From the sequence record OR525698.1: a stretch of DNA of 64,000 bases. The stretch is one strand, 5' to 3'. Below are positions 54,410 to 63,989 of the stretch, one piece after another. Within the stretch, counting starts at the first letter, position 1. Every line of letters starts with the position of its first letter. The notes below the pieces were generated by a model, which was not told the origin of the DNA, did no database searches, and was given only the letters and a program-made list of their open reading frames with translations. The position numbers were made by a program, and so were the translations under genes. Source of the DNA: Escherichia phage vB-Eco-KMB43.

Positions 54410-55066
54410 ATGCAAGTTTCTGAAAAAGGGAAAGACTTTGCTATCTCAAATGTCCTGCGCGCTATTTTCACAACTAAAAGCACGGAGTTGCTCGTACTTC
54501 GTGTTTTTGCTGCCGTCGTGTTGTCCATATTAGCATTTGTCGTTTATAGTAAAAACGAGTTATTTGCGCTTTATAAAGAGACTCGTTATGAGACTTATGC
54601 TCACATTCTCCAGGTAGAGAAAGACCGCAATTTTGATAATGCAGCACAGGAGCAGTTACAGATAGTTCATGTGTCGGCTGATGCCGATTTTTCTGCTGTT
54701 TTTAGTTTTCGTCCGAAAAACCTAAACTATTTTGTTGATTTGGTGGCATATGAAGGAAAGTTACCGCATACAATCGATGAAAAAAATTTAGGCGGATTCC
54801 CTATCAATAAAACGAGTGAAGAATATCGTAGGCATCTTTTAGGTAAATCATATTTTACCGATAAAGATTTCCAGTATATTCCATCAAGAGAAAAGAAATT
54901 AGAGAGTATCGATATAGGGTTTATGTATTCTTGCCCTATATTCAATCTCGATAATGTCTATTCTGGTAGTATCTCCATTGCATGGAAGAATAAACCGGAT
55001 ATTGACATTGAGAATTTAGATACTCTTTGCAATCAATCTGCCAGAATCCTCGGTAGGATTAGATAA
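54410..55066 (+). CDS. t: holin T
   Basis: 218 aa, single N-terminal TM, conserved LEQLQIVH, FSAV.SFRPKNLNYFVD, ARILGR as in T4 holin. Confidence 0.85.
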   Translation: MQVSEKGKDFAISNVLRAIFTTKSTELLVLRVFAAVVLSILAFVVYSKNELFALYKETRYETYAHILQVEKDRNFDNAAQEQLQIVHVSADADFSAVFSFRPKNLNYFVDLVAYEGKLPHTIDEKNLGGFPINKTSEEYRRHLLGKSYFTDKDFQYIPSREKKLESIDIGFMYSCPIFNLDNVYSGSISIAWKNKPDIDIENLDTLCNQSARILGRIR

Positions 55067-55070
55067 CTTA

Positions 55071-55103
55071 AAGGGGGAAGCCTTTCGGCCTCCCCTTCTT
55101 TTT
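55071..55103. terminator. bidirectional terminator after holin t
   Basis: Hairpin GGGGGAAGCC-TTTC-GGCCTCCCC followed by TTCTTTTTTATT. Confidence 0.6.
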
Positions 55104-55351
55104 TATTGACGCATAGACGCGCCTGAATCGCATTTTGACGCTGTATGATGAAAACATGTAGCGTACCAGTCATCGGCTTGTTTGTCTTCGTCAGAAAACG
55201 CGTAATTTCGTTGTATGCCGTTTTCTACTTTGACCAGTGCAATAGCTGTTTCTGGAAGATCAATCAATCGGACAAAATCACCATCTTCCCACTCTACACG
55301 AGCAATATCATAGCCCATCTCAAAGTATACAATCGCTTGTTCTAATTTCAT
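55103..55351 (-). CDS. hypothetical protein (82 aa)
   Basis: ORF; bidirectional terminator between it and t. Confidence 0.45.
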   Translation of the reverse strand: MKLEQAIVYFEMGYDIARVEWEDGDFVRLIDLPETAIALVKVENGIQRNYAFSDEDKQADDWYATCFHHTASKCDSGASMRQ

Positions 55352-55677
55352 TCTGGAAACTTCCCGTAAACATTCTCTGCCAACTTACGTGCATCGTTTA
55401 CAATATCTTTCATGTAATGACTATAATTTTTAGCTAGATCAATGATGCAATCAACAAAGAAGTAATAGCGTCGCAGTGCTACCAGCTCAACATCTTCAAG
55501 ATGACCATTTTCTCCAATCGCTGAAATATGTTTAAATTCCTTTCGGATCGCGTCCATCGCTACATTAACTTCTTTTATAATATCTTTCGTATTATATGCA
55601 CCTCGACTAATCAAAATTTTGGTTAGGTCTTCTGCTTTTTCGTGAAAGTTGTCAATTTCAAACTCGATCATAATCAC
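55348..55677 (-). CDS. hypothetical protein (109 aa), paralog of 55786-56118
   Basis: Shared C-terminal motif AENVYGKF. Confidence 0.5.
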   Translation of the reverse strand: MIMIEFEIDNFHEKAEDLTKILISRGAYNTKDIIKEVNVAMDAIRKEFKHISAIGENGHLEDVELVALRRYYFFVDCIIDLAKNYSHYMKDIVNDARKLAENVYGKFPE

Positions 55678-55785
55678 CTCTCATAATTTCACGCTGTTGT
55701 GTCAACATTTTTTCGTGGTTTGCTAATTCTATACCTTGTAATAGCATAACCAGTGCAATTTTCAATGATTCATCATCTTTCATAA

Positions 55786-56118
55786 TCAAAATTTACCGAA
55801 AATATTCTCTGTCATAATTCTTGCTTCGTCGATTATTTTCGTCATGTTCATGGTGTAGTTATGATCATTTAGTGCTTTAATGACAACGAGCAAGGAATCT
55901 AAAAACACTCGATACCGGGTATATTCTACGCTATTTGTGAATACCGATGTTTTCTCTACTTTATCGATCAGATAGCCTAAAACCGATAGAGCCTCGTTTA
56001 CTTCCCTTGTTACTTTATCGGCGCTAAACAACACCGGATAAAGACGCGGTGTGATTAACCGCGCTGCCTCTTTCAATTCGGTCGCTTTCCATGATTCATA
56101 TTTGTCATAGTTAAACAT
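55786..56118 (-). CDS. hypothetical protein (110 aa), paralog of 55348-55677
   Basis: C-terminal TENIFGKF. Confidence 0.5.
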   Translation of the reverse strand: MFNYDKYESWKATELKEAARLITPRLYPVLFSADKVTREVNEALSVLGYLIDKVEKTSVFTNSVEYTRYRVFLDSLLVVIKALNDHNYTMNMTKIIDEARIMTENIFGKF

Positions 56119-56130
56119 TGTATAATGTCC

Positions 56131-56463
56131 TTACAGATGAAAACCTGTTACAATCACCGCATCGATCATACCGCTAGGAATAAACGGTTCACCCTCTTTT
56201 ATTTCAACTTTGAATTGATGCCATTTCGCTAATACTTCTTCCAGTACACCCAGCGATTCGGCGTCTGCTTTGGTGTCATCTGTCACCCATTCCGGATTCA
56301 TGAGAGCATAGTTTACATAGTCCATTTCTGGGGTCATGTCATCAATGTTAATATATTTGTAGTTGACGCGTTTCAGAATTTCAAATTCTTTATTATCAAC
56401 CTGTACCATGTATAATTCAGTAGTTTCTGGAATCAGTTCCCACACAATCAGTACATTTTTCAT
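56131..56463 (-). CDS. hypothetical protein (110 aa)
   Basis: ORF track, operon context. Confidence 0.5.
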   Translation of the reverse strand: MKNVLIVWELIPETTELYMVQVDNKEFEILKRVNYKYINIDDMTPEMDYVNYALMNPEWVTDDTKADAESLGVLEEVLAKWHQFKVEIKEGEPFIPSGMIDAVIVTGFHL

Positions 56464-56471
56464 AGTTCACC

Positions 56472-56840
56472 TCACTTAACAAAGATTTTCTTTAATGCTT
56501 TCAGGATCGTTGCTTCCGGTGCTTCCTCCGGTGGAGGAAGCAATTCTACCACTTCCTCTTCCAACTCGATATAGTCTACCAGATATTCTACATAGAATGC
56601 AAGTGCTTCCATGAAATTAAATGCTACATCCGATTCACCACAAGCGCCTACATGCATTGTATAAACATCACTGCGATCAAGTTTGTGGATGCTTCCCAGA
56701 TAGTTCCGGTTATACCAGACTTCCCACACTTTCAGCTTTCCGGTTTTGGTTGCTGTTTTATAATCGGTTTCGTAATGATGCAATTGACGTTGCAGATCAT
56801 TGATAATAACACATTTTTCGTAATTGTTTTGAATTTCCAT
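56472..56840 (-). CDS. hypothetical protein (122 aa)
   Basis: ORF track. Confidence 0.5.
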   Translation of the reverse strand: MEIQNNYEKCVIINDLQRQLHHYETDYKTATKTGKLKVWEVWYNRNYLGSIHKLDRSDVYTMHVGACGESDVAFNFMEALAFYVEYLVDYIELEEEVVELLPPPEEAPEATILKALKKIFVK

Positions 56841-56850
56841 GATGTAATCC

Positions 56851-57042
56851 TCACTTATCGTTAAGAAGTTCTAAAACTTTCTGTCGTACTTTGTCAATAT
56901 TAGTTGATTCAAAAACTGTATGGTATCCCCAACTTTGACCGTATGATCGCGAGCAATCCCCATATCCCCATTGTTCAACCTGATAGTATTCAAGGAATGG
57001 GTGCTGCCGAACTATGATACCATCGCGATTAAAAATTACCAT
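56851..57042 (-). CDS. hypothetical protein (63 aa)
   Basis: ORF track. Confidence 0.45.
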   Translation of the reverse strand: MVIFNRDGIIVRQHPFLEYYQVEQWGYGDCSRSYGQSWGYHTVFESTNIDKVRQKVLELLNDK

Positions 57043-57065
57043 AATATAATCCTCACGTCAACAAC

Positions 57066-57353
57066 TTATTTTCGGTTGTGGTCACGATATGTTTTAAAAT
57101 ATCCCTCGTACCACGGTAAAATATCTGGATTTTTACCACTATACAGACCTTTAACCATCATGTCAATAAGACCGTCCGGTGTTTGATAATTACCAGCTTT
57201 TATAAGCTCTCTGATTAAAATCTCTCTGTATATGTCTTTCGGATCTTCGTAATCAACTTGTATTGTTGTTGTGGTCTCATTCAATTTGGTTTCTGGAGTA
57301 TCTCGCATCGCATCCCACCAATCTTTTGTGATCTTCATGTTATTGAATTTCAT
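57066..57353 (-). CDS. hypothetical protein (95 aa)
   Basis: ORF track. Confidence 0.45.
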   Translation of the reverse strand: MKFNNMKITKDWWDAMRDTPETKLNETTTTIQVDYEDPKDIYREILIRELIKAGNYQTPDGLIDMMVKGLYSGKNPDILPWYEGYFKTYRDHNRK

Positions 57354-57364
57354 AATTTAACCTC

Positions 57365-58123
57365 TTACTTGCAAACGTATTGATCTACATCAATTGCGCC
57401 ACCGAATGTAGGATGACGTTTTTCGAATCGAATAGTTCCGTCGTTTGGTTCGAAAACGGAGTATTCATATAGATCTTTCTTGCCAACATTCTTATAAAAC
57501 CCGCCTTTAGTCATAAGGGTTTCTTGTACGTTTGCTTTGTGTACGTTGTATTCATCAATGTATACAAAATCAACCATCTTCCCATTTTTAATGGTTACTT
57601 TAAGATCTCCTGGTTGATTTCCATATTTGGCATACAGTGGCGCTTCTTTAATTTTTGTGGAAATTCCATCTTTCATACTCCACTCATAACGAACGGTGCA
57701 TTGATAGGTAAAAGTTTCGACCTTCGGTTCTTCTACCACTTTTGCTTCCTGTTTCGGTTGTTCTTCTTCAACCTTCGCAGAAGTCTCTGAATCGCTTTCT
57801 GACGCGGTTTCTTCTTTAGGTAATACATTCATCAAGTTTTGGATTTGAGCGTTGTATACAGCCTCCAGTGGCTGAATCTGCCCGATATTGATCATTGTAT
57901 CACGAACAGTTTTATTCCAGTTACGTTGCTCTTGTTTCAGAGACGGATCAATCTTAACAGCCTTAACATACACCTCATGAAGTTTAGAGTCCAGTGCGGA
58001 GATAGACTCATTAGCACAAATAAACTTCTCTGATTTGGTAGTAGCTTTAGCGCAATCAAAGGACGCAGCGTTAGCACCGAAAGCAGTAGCAGAAAGAACG
58101 ATAGCAGCGATAATGTTTTTCAT
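57365..58123 (-). CDS. secreted protein with DUF1311/LprI-like N-terminal domain
   Basis: Signal peptide MKNIIAAIVLSATAFGANA; pattern C...C...LD..L..VY...QR.W typical of DUF1311; PeSL upstream. Confidence 0.5.
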   Translation of the reverse strand: MKNIIAAIVLSATAFGANAASFDCAKATTKSEKFICANESISALDSKLHEVYVKAVKIDPSLKQEQRNWNKTVRDTMINIGQIQPLEAVYNAQIQNLMNVLPKEETASESDSETSAKVEEEQPKQEAKVVEEPKVETFTYQCTVRYEWSMKDGISTKIKEAPLYAKYGNQPGDLKVTIKNGKMVDFVYIDEYNVHKANVQETLMTKGGFYKNVGKKDLYEYSVFEPNDGTIRFEKRHPTFGGAIDVDQYVCK

Positions 58124-58157
58124 AATATATTCCTCAGTGTTTTGTCTTGATGGGAGT

Positions 58158-58187
58158 ATCTTACTACTCCCTTAATCCTGTGTCAAC
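58158..58187 (-). promoter_or_regulatory. PeSL early promoter (stem GGGAGTAG/ATACTCCC)
   Basis: TTGACA with palindrome, upstream of DUF1311 gene. Confidence 0.5.
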
Positions 58188-58198
58188 AACTATTTTTT

Positions 58199-58411
58199 TT
58201 AATTTTTACCCGCTCGTGCATTAATACGCATTTTCTGCATAGCCATGATCTGGCTTACTACTTCTTCTTTACGTTCTTGCGTGATAACGTGACCAGATTC
58301 CGCAAACTCTCCCGCAACTTCTTCTACGATCTCGCGAACTTGAGAACGTCCAAAGATGCGGTTTCCTTCGTAGCTCATAAATTCAGTCACTACTTGCTCA
58401 ATAGATTTCAT
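58199..58411 (-). CDS. hypothetical protein (70 aa)
   Basis: ORF behind PeSL. Confidence 0.45.
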   Translation of the reverse strand: MKSIEQVVTEFMSYEGNRIFGRSQVREIVEEVAGEFAESGHVITQERKEEVVSQIMAMQKMRINARAGKN

Positions 58412-58440
58412 GTGATTCTCCTTTCGTTTGGTATGGGAGT

Positions 58441-58469
58441 ATATTACTACTCCCTTATCTTTACGTCAA
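58441..58469 (-). promoter_or_regulatory. PeSL early promoter
   Basis: TTGACG-17-TAATAT with palindrome GGGAGTATATTACTACTCCC. Confidence 0.5.
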
Positions 58470-58476
58470 CTAGTTT

Positions 58477-58719
58477 TTAGAAATTTTTCGCTTCTTCTTC
58501 GGTCATCATAACCGCGCATTCGTGCATAACTTTGAAAACCGGATCAATCATGTCGAATGCTTCGCGGGACAGTTTACGAGAAGCGATTTTGATTGCTTCA
58601 TCGTCTTCGACTACAGGAACAAAAACAGTTTTCAGTTCATCGAGCACGGCAGCTTCTTTTTCATTCAGGAAGATCCCAGCGTCGTACAGTGCAACTTCGA
58701 TAACATTCACTTTAACCAT
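58477..58719 (-). CDS. hypothetical acidic protein (80 aa)
   Basis: ATG 58719 behind PeSL at 58754-58782. Confidence 0.45.
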   Translation of the reverse strand: MVKVNVIEVALYDAGIFLNEKEAAVLDELKTVFVPVVEDDEAIKIASRKLSREAFDMIDPVFKVMHECAVMMTEEEAKNF

Positions 58720-58753
58720 TTTTATTTCCTCCAGTTCGTTTCGGTATGGGAGT

Positions 58754-58782
58754 ATAATACTACCGATGACCTTTGGCGTCAA
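58754..58782 (-). promoter_or_regulatory. early promoter (TTGACG-17-TATTAT)
   Basis: Hexamers upstream of 58477-58719 ORF. Confidence 0.5.
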
Positions 58783-58984
58783 CTAGTTTTTTGTTATTTT
58801 CGTGAAAATTTTTCGTCGCCTCAAGTGCTTTTCGCTGGGCTTCTTGTTGTGCTTGCTGGCGTGCTGCCTCTTGCGATGCCATAACGGAAGCATTTGCGGC
58901 AGTTACAGCCGCGACCATCGCTGCGGTGTTAGCATTTACAGTACATGCGCTCGCCAACAAAGCAATCGCAATCATTTTCTTCAT
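58760..58984 (-). CDS. small secreted/lipoprotein-like protein (74 aa)
   Basis: Signal peptide MKKMIAIALLASAC, A/Q-rich body. Confidence 0.45.
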   Translation of the reverse strand: MKKMIAIALLASACTVNANTAAMVAAVTAANASVMASQEAARQQAQQEAQRKALEATKNFHENNKKLVDAKGHR

Positions 58985-59151
58985 AGTTTCCTCTTTAGGT
59001 TATCTTCGACCTTCACCCATTCCGCGTATTCTTGCGCGGCTACTTTCGGATTTAGTCCGTCTTCATACATTGCATCAAGTAATTCTTTGTCGGTGGGCTT
59101 ATACCCTAGATAAGCCTCCACCTGATTTTTCCAAATTTTATACCAGTTCAT
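58981..59151 (-). CDS. hypothetical protein
   Basis: ORF; likely start ATG 59151 with GGTGA RBS. Confidence 0.4.
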   Translation of the reverse strand: MNWYKIWKNQVEAYLGYKPTDKELLDAMYEDGLNPKVAAQEYAEWVKVEDNLKRKL

Positions 59152-59155
59152 ATTA

Positions 59156-59428
59156 TCACCAATCAAGAGCGCGTGTCTCTGCGTCTTCCCATGCTTGATC
59201 CATAACAGCCTTGAAAACATATTCTAGAGTATCATCTTTAGAGAATCCGAAGACCTTAGACGGGATATCTTCAATTGCTACTCCAGCAACTTCTGCATTA
59301 CGCGCTTGGCAATAATGCAACTCTAAGTTATCGAGATAGCGACCGCCTAATTTCTCCATATCATCCCAGCATTTCCAGTAACCTACTTTATTTGCAATTG
59401 CTAACACTTTGCTGTTTTCGTTGCTCAT
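59156..59428 (-). CDS. hypothetical protein (90 aa)
   Basis: ATG 59428 behind PeSL at 59460-59488. Confidence 0.45.
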   Translation of the reverse strand: MSNENSKVLAIANKVGYWKCWDDMEKLGGRYLDNLELHYCQARNAEVAGVAIEDIPSKVFGFSKDDTLEYVFKAVMDQAWEDAETRALDW

Positions 59429-59459
59429 CTTTGATTCTCCTTTTGTTTGGAATGGGAGT

Positions 59460-59488
59460 ATATTACTACTCCCATTATTCAGTGTCAA
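59460..59488 (-). promoter_or_regulatory. PeSL early promoter
   Basis: TTGACA-17-TAATAT with palindrome GGGAGTA...TACTCCC. Confidence 0.5.
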
Positions 59489-59494
59489 TAGATT

Positions 59495-59701
59495 TTATTC
59501 GATTATTTCAAATTTTGCTACCGGATCACCGTTTCGTTTGGTTGCAGTAAGTTGTTGTTTGTCAAAGTAAAACCAAATATAGTCACCATGAACTACATCA
59601 AATGTGTTTCCGCTATTGTCCGTGAATACATCAACATCATAATCACACCCGACACCAAAGCTATAATTGATGTGATCGGTTTCAATGCAACGTACTTTCA
59701 T
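59495..59701 (-). CDS. hypothetical protein (68 aa), VAKFEI-motif pair with 31000-31218
   Basis: C-terminal PVAKFEIIE; PeSL upstream. Confidence 0.5.
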   Translation of the reverse strand: MKVRCIETDHINYSFGVGCDYDVDVFTDNSGNTFDVVHGDYIWFYFDKQQLTATKRNGDPVAKFEIIE

Positions 59702-59732
59702 TTTTTGAATCTCCTTTTTGTTTCACTGTGTG

Positions 59733-59762
59733 TATTATGCAATGCTGGATTATGGAAGTCAA
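59733..59762 (-). promoter_or_regulatory. early promoter (TTGACT ... CATAAT)
   Basis: Hexamers upstream of 59495-59701 ORF. Confidence 0.45.
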
Positions 59763-59774
59763 ACAACTTTTCAA

Positions 59775-59801
59775 ATAAAAAAGCCGACCACAAGGATCGG
59801 C
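59775..59801 (-). terminator. terminator
   Basis: Hairpin AGCCGA...TCGGCT with A-run. Confidence 0.5.
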
Positions 59802-59812
59802 TTAATAGTCAG

Positions 59813-60205
59813 TTACTTACTAAATTTCTTTTTGGCTTCGTCTACTGCATGAGATGCCAGCACCGCTGCCGCATGTGCACTTTTATCTGTGTTGCATAGA
59901 ACACCCAGATAAACATCACGCCAAAGTTTAATCATCTCGTAGATCATATCAATATCATTTTCTTGTTTGTTGGTGATGCTATTCGTCGTTATCTGGTAAG
60001 GTAACGGCTTGATCTGTACTGGTTCCGCCATCGGGCTAATCGGTCTCGGATCAGTCATCGGATTAATTGATGGTGATGATTTCCATACGTCATTATTCCA
60101 CGGTTTAATCGTTGTATCGTAAAGTTTATAAGGATTTTTGTCTGGATTAACCATCCAGGCATGATGAGTACCCAAACCATTTGAAGTGATGCGTCGTTCA
60201 GTCAT
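59813..60205 (-). CDS. hypothetical protein (130 aa)
   Basis: ORF with downstream hairpin terminator. Confidence 0.5.
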   Translation of the reverse strand: MTERRITSNGLGTHHAWMVNPDKNPYKLYDTTIKPWNNDVWKSSPSINPMTDPRPISPMAEPVQIKPLPYQITTNSITNKQENDIDMIYEMIKLWRDVYLGVLCNTDKSAHAAAVLASHAVDEAKKKFSK

Positions 60206-60407
60206 ACTTTCCCTCCAAAAATTCTTTCATCAAATAGTCTATCGTTGCTCTGTGTTCTGGTGTGTTTGTTATCTCTGCTAACTTATTCAGAGATTCAATA
60301 GTGATCCGGTTGGCTTCTTCCATAGTCTCAACGACCATTGGCACAATCTTTTTATTGTTGTACACAAATGCAATATAACCGCCTTCTGGATATTCTTTCA
60401 TAATCAA
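60198..60407 (-). CDS. hypothetical protein (69 aa)
   Basis: ORF coupled to gene 52. Confidence 0.45.
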   Translation of the reverse strand: MIMKEYPEGGYIAFVYNNKKIVPMVVETMEEANRITIESLNKLAEITNTPEHRATIDYLMKEFLEGKYD

Positions 60408-61765
60408 CCCTTCTTAAGTTCTTTAAGATCTTTCTTATATTCCTTCATTGCTGTCGTCTTTGTCCAATACTCATATTCACTATGATGTTTATTGGCATCT
60501 TTGACCAGTCGATCATACTCTTCTTGAGTAACGCTATACAATGGCATAGAAACTAGCTTATCGGCGTATGGACGCAGTTTTTCATGTCCATTGATGGATT
60601 GCATTACCTCGGCCTTTTTCTTGCCCTGTAGCTCGATTTCGCCCTTAATTACGCGATCGATAAATTCGGCTTTAGCCATTGCATAATTGTATGCTTCCAG
60701 CGTTTCCGCTTGCATCAATTCAATGCGTTTATCGACATACCCTAAGCGAATTTCGACGAATCGACGGATCAGATCGCTCGCTTTCTCGAATACTTCTACT
60801 AAACCACGTTCATTAACCACTACGATATTCTGGGCTACTAACTGCGTTAGTTTAAAATCCTTCATGATTTGCTCATGTCGAGCGGATTCATCTTCGCTTT
60901 TGAAATAATCGCGTTTCAGTGTTACTTCAAATCTGAATCCATCCTTAGAGCAACGGTCATTATACGATACAATCAGATCTTTTTCTTCCAGTGCATCCAG
61001 TACCGCTACATATTCTTCACGGTCGAACTTATAAGGAACTTCTGATATTGTCAGCTTAGTCTTGCCGTTTAGTTCATATGTACCCTCAAGAATCACACCA
61101 TCGCGATCATCTCGCGGGATAACTTTACCCGTGAATTTTGGGAATTGAACACTAGGTTCTTTATCCAGTTTTCCGGCAAGTGCTAGCTCTGTGCATTCAA
61201 TAAGGCTTTCCAGTGAATGCGGTAAAATGTCAGTTTTATACCCTGTAGCAATACCACTAATACCATTAGCCAATACCATTGGCACAACTGGCAAGTAGAA
61301 CGCTGGCGGGATGTGTTCCAGATCTTCGTGCTTAGGTGCGCAATTCATATCTTTATAGATTTTAAAGAAGTTTTCATGCACACGAGCAAAGATATAACGT
61401 GCTGCACCTGCTTTCTGGACTAAACGAGATCCGAAGTTACCTTGACCGTCAAGCAGTGGAGTATTATTGCTCCATGTATTCGCCATGAGTGATCCGGCTT
61501 CTACGGCATTAGTTTCCCCGTGGTGATAACCCAACTCAGCAACACCAGATCCAATATCTGCCATCTTACGGAATTTCTTACGGTCGCCTTTACTCTTTTG
61601 CAAAGCACATTCCATAACAAAGCGTTGCACTGGTTTAAGCCCATCTACTAATTGAGGAATCCCGCGTTCCTCGGCAGAATAGATCGCATATTCCTTAGCT
61701 TCATTATGTACAATGCTTTCAAGGCTGCGGTAAGTAACTGATTTATTCATCTTCACCTCATACAC
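60404..61765 (-). CDS. 52: DNA topoisomerase II medium subunit gp52
   Basis: 453 aa, GyrA-like N-terminus (GLKPVQRFV), T4 gp52 size. Confidence 0.85.
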   Translation of the reverse strand: MYEVKMNKSVTYRSLESIVHNEAKEYAIYSAEERGIPQLVDGLKPVQRFVMECALQKSKGDRKKFRKMADIGSGVAELGYHHGETNAVEAGSLMANTWSNNTPLLDGQGNFGSRLVQKAGAARYIFARVHENFFKIYKDMNCAPKHEDLEHIPPAFYLPVVPMVLANGISGIATGYKTDILPHSLESLIECTELALAGKLDKEPSVQFPKFTGKVIPRDDRDGVILEGTYELNGKTKLTISEVPYKFDREEYVAVLDALEEKDLIVSYNDRCSKDGFRFEVTLKRDYFKSEDESARHEQIMKDFKLTQLVAQNIVVVNERGLVEVFEKASDLIRRFVEIRLGYVDKRIELMQAETLEAYNYAMAKAEFIDRVIKGEIELQGKKKAEVMQSINGHEKLRPYADKLVSMPLYSVTQEEYDRLVKDANKHHSEYEYWTKTTAMKEYKKDLKELKKG

Positions 61766-62120
61766 GCTTACAAATCACATTCTTTACTTTATCAGATTTA
61801 TCAGCCCAATCCAATAGCCATTTTAACGGAAGGATTGACACAATAAACGGGGCAGCAATCAAAGCAAACATGATACACCTGATAATCAGGAAAACGCAAG
61901 TGACAAAACTAGCGATAGTGATCCCGACAAAACAAAATACCATAGAAAACAGAGTAATGATATAGAAAGGCCAGAATACCCACTCCCGCATCTTAACTCC
62001 TTTGTATTCTCTGAATTGCTTAAAATCTACAAACAACTCTCGGATAGACGCGTACAGGACCGAAAAATCATCTTTCATTGCTCTGAATGAGCAATCTTCT
62101 ATTTTAGAATGACCTAGCAT
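61758..62120 (-). CDS. membrane protein (120 aa)
   Basis: Several hydrophobic segments. Confidence 0.5.
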   Translation of the reverse strand: MLGHSKIEDCSFRAMKDDFSVLYASIRELFVDFKQFREYKGVKMREWVFWPFYIITLFSMVFCFVGITIASFVTCVFLIIRCIMFALIAAPFIVSILPLKWLLDWADKSDKVKNVICKRV

Positions 62121-62122
62121 TA

Positions 62123-62416
62123 TTAACCGCCTTTAACCATTGATACCGGAATTGTTTTCTGATTTGTGTATAATTGGCCTACTTCAATTTTTTCTTGAAT
62201 CACCACGACGTTACAATATCCACTGTCTTTAAGTTTTCTGATAATGACTCGCTTTTGTTCGTCGGTGATAGGATTGACTGTTCTCACCAATTCACCGCAA
62301 ATAATAGCACCATCTTTACAATTGCCAGTAACTTTCATGCTACGACCGTGAACAACAACCACATCACCGTAAATCACATTTTCGTCGTCGTATTTGGTAA
62401 TAACCGTGACTGTCAT
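62123..62416 (-). CDS. hypothetical protein (97 aa)
   Basis: ORF track. Confidence 0.45.
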   Translation of the reverse strand: MTVTVITKYDDENVIYGDVVVVHGRSMKVTGNCKDGAIICGELVRTVNPITDEQKRVIIRKLKDSGYCNVVVIQEKIEVGQLYTNQKTIPVSMVKGG

Positions 62417-62430
62417 AATGTATTCCCTCT

Positions 62431-62453
62431 AAGAAAGGCCGCGCAAAGCGGCC
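62431..62453 (-). terminator. terminator
   Basis: Hairpin GGCCGC-GCAAA-GCGGCC with A-run. Confidence 0.55.
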
Positions 62454-62461
62454 TATGTTGA

Positions 62462-62788
62462 TTATTGTTCTACAGTATAACCGTTGTTTTCAAGCCATGC
62501 AATAACAATCTTTTCGCCAATTTCATCGAGCATTTCATCAGCGCCATATTCTTTAATGAAAGTCGATGGATCATTATTGCTTACTACGTGCTGGATCACA
62601 ACATGTTCAGGAATTGCGTCTAGCAGTTCGCTATGATCATACTCATTAACGATATCTTCAACACTAACATTATTAACCAAATCAACATCATCCATAGTCA
62701 CAGTAACGCGACCGGACGGACGCAATGAATATTGGCTACTTTCAACTTCAACATGTGCACTTTCGCAAGTAACTTTCATATCAACCAT
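62462..62788 (-). CDS. hypothetical acidic protein (108 aa)
   Basis: ORF with hairpin terminator downstream. Confidence 0.45.
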   Translation of the reverse strand: MVDMKVTCESAHVEVESSQYSLRPSGRVTVTMDDVDLVNNVSVEDIVNEYDHSELLDAIPEHVVIQHVVSNNDPSTFIKEYGADEMLDEIGEKIVIAWLENNGYTVEQ

Positions 62789-62802
62789 AATTAATTCCTC
62801 TG

Positions 62803-63804
62803 TTAGTAATGGCTAAAACCTTCGGTTACATCTTCAACCACATAGTAACGATGACAGCGCATTTTGGCATTCGCATAATCTTTCGGGATACTTACAACGT
62901 GACGCGGGTCAACTTTACATTTAATGATTCGGCCTCGTCCACCGCCATAGTGCGGAATATAGTGTTTCGCTGCAACGTGGAGGCCATTAGAGCAAGTGCG
63001 ATCATCATCTGGGTCCACGTCTTTACGCTTCATTTTAACCGTGCGACCTGGGCTATTATCAAACGTATGCGTAAAGAAATCTTTATAATCAACATCAACA
63101 CGTTTCCATGCATAGAAACAACCATCTTCCACGATCTCAATGTCGTTGTGCTCTAAGAAGTCAAATAGACGATCTACGGCCTTACGGCTAGGGTTTTTCT
63201 TGCACTTCTCAAAGAAGTTCAGATAGTGCGTATATGGCTTATTCTCTTTAATCGACTCCACAACTCGACGAGTCAGATTATTATCAAGAACAATATTATG
63301 ATAATACACAATACCATTTTCGATACGGAAAGCGCCGTGATAATATACTTCAACCGCTTTCTTAATGTCAATCAGCGTAATAGCTTTGATGAAATCATTA
63401 TGTTTAATCGCTTCCAGTGCTTCATTAAAGTTAACATGTGATGGATCAGCAGTATAAACAATGTCACCACATGTAATAGTAATAAACTTAGTTGAGGCTA
63501 TGGCTACGATTTTTGAGGAAGTAGTCACGGGCTTTTTTGCGCGTTCACCGCCTTTTCCTTTACTGGTTTTACGGCGTGCTTTACGTTTTTCTAGTGCCTT
63601 GCGACCTTCCGCTACTGCGTCTTTCTGAATCAGTAATACACGGGAGGCAGTGCGACGAGATACACCAAATGCTGCCGCAAGTGCTTCGCGGGTAGTAAAC
63701 TTACCTTCGCCCCACTGTTTAGCCAGTTTGATTTGTTTCGCAGAATCCAGGCATTGAACGTTACGGTCAGAGACTGTGATTTTTGCTTTAGTCATAGTAT
63801 TCAT
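62803..63804 (-). CDS. rIIB: rIIB-like protein with N-terminal HTH
   Basis: Motifs RLFDFLEHNDIEIVEDGCFYAWK, TFDNSPGRTVKM, CSNGLHVA, PRHVVSIP, MRCHRYYVVEDVTE resembling T4 rIIB. Confidence 0.6.
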   Translation of the reverse strand: MNTMTKAKITVSDRNVQCLDSAKQIKLAKQWGEGKFTTREALAAAFGVSRRTASRVLLIQKDAVAEGRKALEKRKARRKTSKGKGGERAKKPVTTSSKIVAIASTKFITITCGDIVYTADPSHVNFNEALEAIKHNDFIKAITLIDIKKAVEVYYHGAFRIENGIVYYHNIVLDNNLTRRVVESIKENKPYTHYLNFFEKCKKNPSRKAVDRLFDFLEHNDIEIVEDGCFYAWKRVDVDYKDFFTHTFDNSPGRTVKMKRKDVDPDDDRTCSNGLHVAAKHYIPHYGGGRGRIIKCKVDPRHVVSIPKDYANAKMRCHRYYVVEDVTEGFSHY

Positions 63805-63857
63805 TCCTCTATTAGTTGGGCGACTATCGCCGCCCGATTCACATCATTATACCAGAA

Positions 63858-63989
63858 TTATTTTGCTTCTACAACCTTGCGGATTGTGCGGTCTGATACA
63901 TTATAGATTCGTGCCAGTTCGCCTTTAGTCAAGCCGCGAGCGTATTGTTTACGGATGGTTTCTTTCTGGATAGCGGTCAGTTTAGTCAT
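63858..63989 (-). CDS. small HTH protein (43 aa)
   Basis: MTKLTAIQKETIRKQYARGLTKGELARIYNVSDRTIRK; resembles the rIIB N-terminal HTH segment. Confidence 0.35.
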   Translation of the reverse strand: MTKLTAIQKETIRKQYARGLTKGELARIYNVSDRTIRKVVEAK

